The notes beneath the pieces are model-generated. The model was given only the letters and a program-made list of their open reading frames with translations, was not told the origin of the DNA and searched no databases. Of a stretch of DNA of 64,000 nucleotides, positions 55,080-64,000 are shown piece after piece. Source of the stretch: Podarcis cretensis. Its lineage: Eukaryota. The stretch spans positions 53,072,001 through 53,136,000 of the forward strand of contig OX638156.1 of NCBI GenBank assembly GCA_951804945.1. Reading direction: 5' to 3'. Position 1 is the first letter of the stretch, and every line of letters begins with the position of its first letter. The position numbers and the translations under genes are program-made.

Positions 55080-56502
55080 CTTTTACAGAACTCAAATACC
55101 ACTCACTAGTCATTTATCGTCATTCTCAATGGGCATGAGTCATCATTTAAACTGTTCTATTACTGCAAATACAATCTATGACATTAATACGTGCCATTTT
55201 CAGTATATGCAACTCACTGTAGTCTGTTCAATGAAGTGCAGTGTGTTCCCTTGCTTAAAATGCCGCTAGTGGGGAGTCTCCTATACCTGATGCGATAAAA
55301 AATTCTCATTGGCCAAGCTATGCCAGTGCTCAATAGTGCCTGGCTGTTGGGGAGCAGGATGCTGAACTATCTTTATCAGATCCTACAGAGCTTTTCTTAA
55401 GTGTGTCACAGTGTTATTTGGGCTACAATGTTATGCATGCACTATCGCTTGTAAGCCCTTTTAAGCTCAGTAAGACTTTGGATATCCATGCATCAGTTCA
55501 GTCTACTGTAGGCTCAGGTTACTGCAGCTGCTATCCGTGACATTAATATGTGTCATTTTCAACATGTACAATTCACTGCAGCCTGTTCCTTTTTAGTGGC
55601 AATGGGGGAGAATCTCCTAGATTTGCTCCAACAGAGAACCTTATTGGCCTCAGTTAAGGCAGTGCTCATAGTGCCTGGCCACTGGGGAGCAAGGTATTGA
55701 ACTCTGATTTATCAGATCCTGCAGAACTTTTATAAAGTTTGTCACAATGCAATTGGGGTTACAATTCTAAGGACATTAGAACAGCATGCTGGATTTTGTC
55801 CAGAATTCTGTATTCTGAGTGGCTAACCAGATGCCAATGGGACACCAGTAAGCAGGACTTGCGCACTATAAAAGTGGAATGTTGGGTTTCCTGTGTAACG
55901 AGCACATTTATTCAGAAATAGAAGGGGACTTGCAAAGCCTGCAGTTCTCTTCATTACTTTCATGGCTGGTCTCAGAAAAAACCTTGCCAGTTTCAGACAA
56001 CCCTGAAAGGCAAACTGGCACACCGAGGGGGGTGGCAGCCATCTGACAGCATTATCCAGCCACCTTCTGCCTGGCAACTTCGTCCCTCACTTCAGCCTGC
56101 CAACTTCCACTGGCTTCCACCCATGAATATCCACTAGTTCATGCATTCACCCTGTGCCAGGAGGGCAGCGTCCAGAACCCCCTGAATGCACTCAGACACA
56201 CACCATTCACCTCAACCAGTTTACATCCACAAACATCAGCCTGCTGCAGCCTTTCAACATCCACTGGCTTCTGACTGCATACATCACCAGCTTCCACTCA
56301 GCAAACCTGCCAACTTCCACCAGGTCCATCACCAGACATCAGTCAGCTGCTGCTTTCTGTCTGCCACTTCACCTCCATGTGGAAGGAGGTCACCCAGTGC
56401 TGAATGATACAGCTGTTGCCTACTATGTTCTCTTCAGGAAGGTTTATGCCTTGGTTCTCCCCTTGGCCCACCTTTATATCCAGTCATTGGTTATGTGCTT
56501 TT

Positions 56503-56893
56503 GGGACATGGGTGGTGCTGTGATCTAAACTACTCAGCCTCTTGGGCTTCCAATCAAGTCGTCAGTGGTTCAAATCTGAGCAACGGGGTGAGCTCCTGTT
56601 GCTCTGTCCCAGCTCCTGCCAACCTAGCAGTTCGAAAGCAAGCCAGTGCAAGTAGATAAACAGGTAGCACTGTGGTGGGAAGGTAAATGACATTTCCGTG
56701 TGCTCTGGCACTCATCATGGTCCTCCATCCGCCAGTAGCAGTTTAGTCATGCTGGTCACACGACCCGGAAAGCTGTCTGTGGACAAACGTCAGCTCCCTT
56801 GGCCTGAAAAGCGAGATGAGCACCGCAACCCCATAGTCACCTTTGACTGGACTTAACCATCCAGGGGTCCTTTACATTACCTTTTTCTACCTT
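56503..56893 (+). mobile_element. Full-length Sauria SINE just upstream of the RPL13 promoter
   Basis: GGGACATGGGTGGTGCTGTG head, CCTAGCAGTTCGAAAGC core, ACCTTT tail; short flanking repeat TGCTTTT(G). Confidence 0.92.
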
Positions 56894-57199
56894 TGCTTTT
56901 GTGGGAGGTGAGTTCTTGTGCTTTTGAGCCAACCCAGGCAGTAGCTGGTGAGGCATCATCATCACCTCCCCACCCCTCACAATGGTGAGTGCAGTTTCAG
57001 CAGTAGTTTGTTCCTTTGCATTACCTATTGCCTCGTGCTGATACCAAGGAAAGACACATTATAAACTTGTGGGGAGAGGGGCATTTTTCAGCCCAATGGC
57101 TGCATTTCCCTCTGGCCAACCTTCAGGGACTACATCCCGATTGGTCAAATGCCAAACGGAAAGGAACAGTAAATGTGACTCTTTGAATAGGAGACTCCC

Positions 57200-57600
57200 T
57201 TCCCGCGCCCCTCCATCCATTACGAGCCGGCAGAATTGAACGGCCGCGGTACCTTTAAGACGGGCGCCATCTTTGTTACTGGCAAGACAATGTGTTGGAC
57301 ATAGCGGCTGACGCCAGTGAGGGTAATTCCCTCTCCCTGATTGGCCACGGACGGAGCGTTTCGCGTTTCCTGAACCGGGTCACGCACGGCGGCTTAGATA
57401 TCCCAGAGTTCCTGGCGAGAGTTCTTTCTTTTTCCGGCTGGCCATTTTCTCTCCCGGCAGGTGAGTTCTCGTGCTGGGGGAGGCCTGGTTGGCTATCCGC
57501 CTTCATCCGTCGCCTGCGCGGGGATGGGCGACTCCGGGGGCGGTTCTAGAGGGTCTTGTGGACGTTACGGAAAGGTTATGGGGTCCCGGTGGGGAGACTG
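57200..57600 (+). promoter_or_regulatory. RPL13 CpG-island promoter
   Basis: CpG-rich; YY1-type CGCCATCTT 57265-73 and GCCATTTT 57441-48; CTGATTGG near 57338; ETS-type TTTCCGG 57431-37. Confidence 0.8.
57424..57460 (+). other. RPL13: RPL13 non-coding exon 1 with 5' terminal oligopyrimidine (TOP) tract; start approximate
   Basis: CTTTCTTTTTCC initiator typical of ribosomal protein genes, then CAG|GTGAGT donor at 57460/57461. Confidence 0.85.
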
Positions 57601-58127
57601 ATGGGTTCTTGCCTGGTTGTTAGAGGCCATCCTTTGCGCTCCACTGAGCTTCTAGATCTGCCTCGTTATTTAGAAAGGCCCAGCCAGAGCACAAAAGTTG
57701 AGCACACAGGCTTTGCACGCAGGCGGGCCCAAGCCCAGCCTCTGGCGCTTCGGTTAGGATGGCTAGCGGCCTTCGAGGGGCTGATGTCACCAGAGCATCC
57801 AGTGGTGGGTAAGTGAAGCCAGCGTCCCAGGGGCACCCGTAGCTCATTCATATATCGTGGTACCAGGTTCTGTATCTGGCCAATAATTACTGCACCAATC
57901 AATAGGATTTGTAGCCCGGTTAGTCAAGCCACAGCTACAGTATTTCGGAGTGATATTGGCTAGTGAAGAACGACCTATTACAACTCAACTGTAGTAGTTT
58001 TGGCCAAAATGTAATGTCCTGAAGAAGTGCAGGGCATTTGTTTTGCTGGGTGCTTTCGTGTTCATTGAGGATTTTATTGTTGACTCTGCAGAAATGGTTT
58101 CCCCTTTATGGGATTTAGTCAAGTGTC

Positions 58128-58216
58128 GCTCCCTCAGCCTGTAAAGCGAGATGAGCGCCGCAACCCCAGAGTCGTCTGCGACTGGACTTAGCTGTCAGGG
58201 GTCCTTTACCTTTACC
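58128..58216 (+). mobile_element. Sauria SINE 3' fragment in RPL13 intron 1
   Basis: AAAGCGAGATGAGCGCCGCAACCCCAGAGTCG...GGGGTCCTTTACCTTTACC. Confidence 0.9.
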
Positions 58217-59318
58217 ATTGTATCCCTGAATGCTAACGAGCTTTTGAACGTTTTAAACAAGCAGTTTTAAAGCCACCAGCTTTTTCTTATTCATAGTGAA
58301 ATAAACCATTTTTCTTAAGCTTAGCAGGGTTTGAGTCAGCATGAGGTAGGTTCCTGTGTGGGGATGGAGTCTAGTCTAGTGGGTGTAACACAGACTTTGC
58401 CTGCAGAAGGCCACAGGTTTAAGCTCTTGGATAGCAGGACGAGGAAGACTTTGAAGAGCCACAGCCAGCCAGATCAGTCAGTACAGTATTGGGCTCAGTG
58501 GAGCAATGTGCAGAATCTGAATGAAGGCAGCCTTGTAAGTTTGGCTGGGGTGACCCCATATTTTACCATTCTGATAGGGCATTGGCAAGAGGCTCCAAGT
58601 TAGATCTTTAGTATCATTAAAAAAAATGAAGTCTGTGTATCCTTCATACAATGTGACGAGTCAGTCGCATTCAGAAGGAGACATTACTTTTAATAGGCAG
58701 TATGGGGTTGAGGGATAAGACAAGAGTGAGGGGAGGAAAGGGGGGGGGGAAGAGATATTTAGTATCTTGAATGCCTTGCTAGAGAAGACTCAGTACTAGT
58801 CTGAACTAATAGCCTGATTCTATACATCAGTTTCATTTGTAAGGGAGGGCCCCATAGTTCAGCAGGAGTACATGTAGAAGGTTCATTCTCTGGGATCTCC
58901 TGTTGAAGGGTTTTGAACCTTGAAGGGCTGCTGCCAATCACTGTAGCCAGGACCAGCCAAAATTAAGCAAGTAGATAGCTCCTTATGTTATTGTAAGGTC
59001 TCTTGCAGAAGAGATTCTGCAGTGATGCATGTTTGATATTTTTAAACAGAGAGTGGGATCATAGCTCTTCCTAATATTACTAGTAAAAGTTTTCCTGCAT
59101 TATAACTGCATTCTGCCTGCAAGTTTCCAACCTTTGGCACAATTAGGAATCCAAATGCTAGGTTTCCTTTGGGCTTAGAAGGGCATGACATTATGTGTCT
59201 CCAGTATACTTCACAGAACTGTTGCAAGGATAAATAATATTTTGTATGCTGAAAAGAGATGTTAAAATGGAAATCATAAGGAGTCTAATCCATACTGTGT
59301 GTATCCTCAGGGACATAA

Positions 59319-59429
<111 letters not shown>

Positions 59430-59570
59430 TGAGGTCTGCTGAGCCCCTTGCATTTTATGTTCTTTGTGTCCGGTGCTCGGCTAACATACAGCTGTCTGGA
59501 TAATGCAAAAGGCAAGCAAGTGTGAGCCTTGCCATTTTTGGCTTTCTGCAAGACACTTGTTCAGTTCTGC

Positions 59571-59644
59571 AGCCAGATGATGAAAATTCTCCGGAATCGC
59601 TGTACCACATTGATGACCCTTTGAACCCATATAAGCTGATGGCT
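59571..59644 (+). ncRNA. SNORD68: Box C/D snoRNA SNORD68 (18S rRNA 2'-O-methylation guide) in RPL13 intron 2
   Basis: C box ATGATGA 59577-83; guide TTCTCCGGAATCG complementary to 18S CGAUUCCGGAGAG; C'-like TTGATGA; D box CTGA 59636-39; flanking stem CTGCAGCCA/TGGCTGTAG; RPL13 is the known host. Confidence 0.92.
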
Positions 59645-59719
59645 GTAGCTTTTTTTATTTCTATCTACTCAGTTAAAGGATTGAAAACGGAACCGTCTAT
59701 ATCTTAATGCCTCTGGTGT

Positions 59720-60270
59720 TACTGCATTTTAAATACTGTCTGTAGTTCTGGTTTCCACATCTCAAAAATGATATTGTTCAGCTGGAAAAGGTGCAGAGAA
59801 GGGCAACCAAAATGATTAAGGGGTTGGAGCAACTCCTATAAGGAAAAGTTAAATTTGCAACTTGTAGTTTGTGGTGGGGGCAAAGGTGAGTAAAGAGGGA
59901 CATAAGAGGCATAAAAGTATGCATGATTTGGAAAAAAGAAGTCGTGTTTTTTCTCACATAATACTAGAATTCCAGGTCTTCTAGTAAAGCATACAAAAGG
60001 AGCATAGCTTCACACATCACATTGCTCAAACTATGGAATTCATTTGCACAAGAGTGGTGCTAGGATTTGAAGAAATCGTGGAAGCTAGTGATGTCTAGTT
60101 CTGCCTCCACAGTCAGAGGCAGTATGCTTCTGAATACCAGCTGCTAGGAATTACATGAAGCAGTTGCACTGGGGACCTGCTTGCAGGCTTCTTTTAGGTG
60201 TCTGATTGGCCAGGTTGCTGGACTAAGTGGGTCTTTGGTCTGATCCAGCAGGACTTCTTTTGTTCTTATG
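59720..60270 (+). mobile_element. Old CR1-clade LINE 3' fragment in RPL13 intron 2
   Basis: CTGGAAAAGGTGCAGAGAAGGGCAACCAAAATGATTAAGGGG (LEKVQRRATKMIKG) and TGGTCTGATCCAGCAGG...TGTTCTTATG tail. Confidence 0.88.
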
Positions 60271-60363
60271 CTTTCCTTATGCTTCCTTCCCTTGCAACCA
60301 ATCCCAAGTTTATCTGTAAGGGGAGCTCAGTAAGGGTTATATTTGGAGAGACAACAGGTTTAA

Positions 60364-60552
<189 letters not shown>

Positions 60553-61348
60553 TAGGTGTCTCTTAACACATGAGTGCCTGCCTCTGAAATACAGGTTGTT
60601 TTGGCTTGTGGCATATGATATGTGAGCTAAGATATATAGGAATCTGATGTGTTTTGTACAATGGTTGGTGGGGCTTCCATATAACCAAAAAACTTCATTG
60701 AATCAGATATCTTGGAGGATTAGTTTTTGTATTTATAGTGGAAGTTCTTGAATTAAACAGATGGAGAGTTTTATAGCAATAGTATAGCTAATCCCTGTTC
60801 CTTCAGAGTGGGTTATACGAGGATCTTTAGGCAGTTAAAAGTTAAAACCCACACCCTTCTGTTGTCTGTTTCTAATTGCTTAAAGGACAAGAGTTTAGCC
60901 TTACACATTTTTATTCAGTATTTTGGTGGAGATTTCTTTTTAGGTACTGGAGAAAAATTGTTTGGCCAGGTACATTAGCATCCTACCAGAAGGTCTCTCT
61001 TTGTTGCCCCTGCAAGCCACTTGCCATTTCTTTGAGAGCCTTTCAATCAGATGATGGCACTGTCCCTGGAATCTTACGTTTTGAAGCTTTCCTTCTCTTT
61101 GTAAAAAAAAATTATTAAAGAGTTTCAAAACAAATATTTTGTTAATACATTAACAGAAAAACAAAGAAAACATAGGGCAACAACAATTTTTGAAAACATT
61201 GCTATACTATTATATAAAGTATCAATATTGTTAAGTAGACAAGTAAGAAGTTTTCCAGCTGATGACTGTTCTGCCTCCATAGCAGGTACAGGGCTGGCAA
61301 CGTACAAGTTGCTTTTACTTGTGGCTTAGGTTAATATGCTTTCCCTAG

Positions 61349-61522
61349 ATGGCTGGCATCAACAAGAAGTTTGCCCAGACAATTGGTATCTCAGTGGACC
61401 CCAGGCGCCGGAACAGGTCAACAGAAGCCCTGCAGGCAAATGTGCAGCGGCTGAAGGAATACCGCTCTAAGATCATTCTCTTTCCCCGGAAACCTTCTGC
61501 CCCTAAGAAGGGCGACAGCGCA
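61349..61522 (+). CDS. RPL13: RPL13 exon 4 ([24 protein letters not shown]...KKGDSA)
   Basis: TAG/GTAAGT boundaries, 174 nt. Confidence 0.98.
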
Positions 61523-62380
61523 GTAAGTATATAGGGGAGAATTTCAGGGGAAGTAGGTGTTGCAGGAGAAGGGAGCTTTACTTCTAATAAGTCTAGTGGG
61601 GCGGAAGCTGTGCTGCAAAGCACACTATAAAACTCCCAAGGACACAACTTCCAAGGAGTACTTGATTATGAGTGGGGCACAAAAAAGCTTGCATCCAGTA
61701 TAAGAGGCAGAAACGCTACCTACTTTCCATTGCTGGTGGTCACATGCTACTTCAGCCACAACATCACAAGTTTGTTCCAATACAGCCACCCAAAGACAAG
61801 GCCACCCCCACCCCCTCACCACCAAGGAAATGTAACAAGCAAATAGATAGATAACCCCCACAAGTGACGCTGACACAAAACCACTAAGTAGAAGCATTAC
61901 CACCCCACTCCCCACCCCTCCCCTCCCCCTCTTTTCTTCCCAGCCCAATACTGCATGCAACACAACAAATGAAACTGATCTGTAGAAAACGCAGCTTGAG
62001 AAAAGAGAGGATGCACGTATATTTGTAAACTAAGAAATCTTTAATAAAAATTATTTTTTAAAAAAGTTTGTTCCAGGGCCCTCTTCCTTAGTTGCTATGA
62101 TTCTCAAAGTGTGTACATACGTCTTTAAAGACCTTGCAGTTACCTGTATTGGGGAGAGAGCAGAAGTGTTGAGGAAAAGTGAGATGACAGCAAAACTGGG
62201 AATTTTGGTATTCTTCGTTTTCAACTCTGCCTAGCCTTGCCCCTACAGTAAGATTTTTAGAGGCTCCCTCAGCACTTGTATGACATAATCCAAGCTAGGG
62301 TTTTTTTTCTTGCTGTCCAAAAAAGGGGGAGGTGGAATAAATAGTTAAGTTAATTCCTGAACATTTTCTTCTCTCCACAG

Positions 62381-62437
62381 GCTGAAGAGCTCAAGATGGC
62401 CACACAGCTCTCTGGACCAGTTATGCCCATCAAAAAT
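62381..62437 (+). CDS. RPL13: RPL13 exon 5 (AEELKMATQLSGPVMPIKN); final exon lies beyond the window
   Basis: CAG/GTAAGT boundaries, 57 nt. Confidence 0.97.
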
Positions 62438-63059
62438 GTAAGTGACTTTCTTAGATCTTTCCTCTGAAATTTATAGACATTGTAATGGGAAATTTCCTGC
62501 TTCCAACATGGTTTCTTGAGAGTGGTTGTGTTTCTTGAGTGTCAGATGATGTTCTGTGATCTAACAAAAAGGAGCAGCTTCGATGTTGTGTTGGCTACTT
62601 CTCATTCATTCAAACATAGTTGTGTCCTTGGAATCTTGCAAAACACAAGTTTGCAATCAATATTGAAAGTTGTTTGGTTTTTCGAGTAAGTCGTACATGA
62701 AATCTGAACAAGTGAATGGTAGTTGTGATGCTACTGAATTTCTAACAGAAATGGAATATTAAAAAAGAAGCAATCAAGTAGGTGGTTAGCCTTGTGGAGT
62801 CCTGCTTGGGATCGGTCTCTTCTAAAGTCCTTACTTCTCACAGTGCCTCTGGGAAGCACAGCAGCAGCAGGGCATAAAGAAAACAGCCCTCTCTGCTCTT
62901 GCTTGTCCTTCAGCAAGAGGTACTCAGTGCTGTATTTCTGGATATGGGCGTTCAATTTATTTATTTTTGTTTTGTTTTATTATTGAAATAAGGTGACTGC
63001 CCTGGAAATCCAGTATCTTGAGGGGCAGTATGTAAATGTAAAATAAACTAGTATACAAC

Positions 63060-63550
63060 TACAGCTAGAAGCCACTGACTGTCTCCTACTACATGAATTT
63101 GTCTCATCTCCTTTGAAAGCCACCTAATCCAGTGGCTATTGTCACACCTTGTGGCAGTGGGTTCCACAAGTTAGTCATTGAGTAGAAAAGGACTTCTTGT
63201 CTATTCCTCTTGTCTATCTTGAACCTACAGCCAGTCAGTTTAATCGGGTGACCCATGAGCTCTAGAATTATGAAAGAGGGAAGGTAGCTACTATGCTTCT
63301 TCCCACCCCCTGAAAAGTCCCAAATATTTTAGTCTTCTCTCATAACAGAAGATGGGTCATGTTGGTTGCCTTTCCTGACTCTTACGTCCTTTTTGAGACT
63401 GACTGGCCATAACTGTTCCTCTTATTCCAAAAGTGGATATCCTCTATGTTTATATTGAAGGCCTTATGCTGCTGACCATCTTCATTTTCAGTCCCTCTAT
63501 TTGATTACTAGATTCTGCTACTGATGATTTTGGCAATGATTTTTTCCTGT
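63060..63550 (-). mobile_element. Decayed CR1-clade LINE fragment; a further + strand 3' end lies at ~63670-63752
   Basis: CTTGTGGCAGTGGGTTCCACAAG and CCTTTTTGAGA...GGCCATAACTG resemble reverse-complemented CR1 ORF2. Confidence 0.65.
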
Positions 63551-64000
63551 GCCTGGACTAGCCATGAGGGTTCCAACTCCACTGTCAGTATGTCTCTGAA
63601 CTCTAGTTGCTCAGAATCAAGTGAGGGAGGGTGCCGTTATGCTTAGGTTTTCCTTGTGGGCTTTACATTAGGGCATCCGGTTGGCCGCTGTGAGAACAAG
63701 ATGCATGACTAAATGGGACATTGGCCTGATCCAGCAGGCTCTTCTGGTGTTCTGAGTGCTGCTACAGCAAGGGGCTGGGTCTGCCTCCATAGTACATATT
63801 TTGAGCACATTTTGTCCCAAAAAGAATTCTGGGCACTGCAGTTTGTTGAGGGTTGCTAGGAATTGTAACTCTCTGGGGGATAAACTCCGCTGCCCAGAAT
63901 TCTTTGAAGGAATGAATGCGATTTGGGTGTTCTTTAAAGGTAAACTGTATATATAGCCTGTGACTTAAAAGTGTTAGACTGAGCCATAGTGTGGGTGAAT

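Noticed and set aside
58015-58060. CTGAAGA followed by a short hairpin, resembling a hammerhead start
   Set aside because: No GAAA box follows the hairpin.
61255-61300. TGATGA within a CCAGC/GCTGG stem near the RPL13 exon 4 acceptor
   Set aside because: Too short (~45 nt) and no D box.
62541-62710. Possible second C/D or H/ACA snoRNA in RPL13 intron 5 (ATGATGT ... CTGA)
   Set aside because: C box imperfect, span too long, and no rRNA/snRNA complementarity recognised.

Overview
Vertebrate genomic DNA, almost certainly a squamate and probably a lacertid lizard (Sauria/Squam-type SINEs, a BovB tail, CR1/L2 fragments). It matches the ANKRD11-SPG7-RPL13 syntenic block. (1) Bases 1-~13.6 kb are the first intron and GC-rich non-coding first exon of a minus-strand gene, assigned to ANKRD11 by synteny only. 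(2) SPG7 (paraplegin) is complete on + with 17 coding exons, 22112-53219; the spliced CDS is 2346 nt / 781 aa, all introns are GT-AG and in phase. (3) RPL13 starts on + with a TOP-type exon 1 and coding exons 2-5 (last exon is beyond the window) and hosts SNORD68. Almost all entries in the supplied ORF track are spurious or exon/intron read-throughs. I see no convincing new multi-gene system. The best leads are small: a strong-Kozak Arg-rich uORF in the putative ANKRD11 exon 1, a minimal hammerhead-like motif in SPG7 intron 3, a Penelope-like insertion with a perfect 43-bp hairpin beside the ANKRD11 promoter, a 5S-head/CR1-tail juxtaposition, the position and context of SNORD68, and an old ~360-bp tandem duplication just past the SPG7 poly(A) signals. 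Repeat family names and human comparisons are from memory, not from searches.
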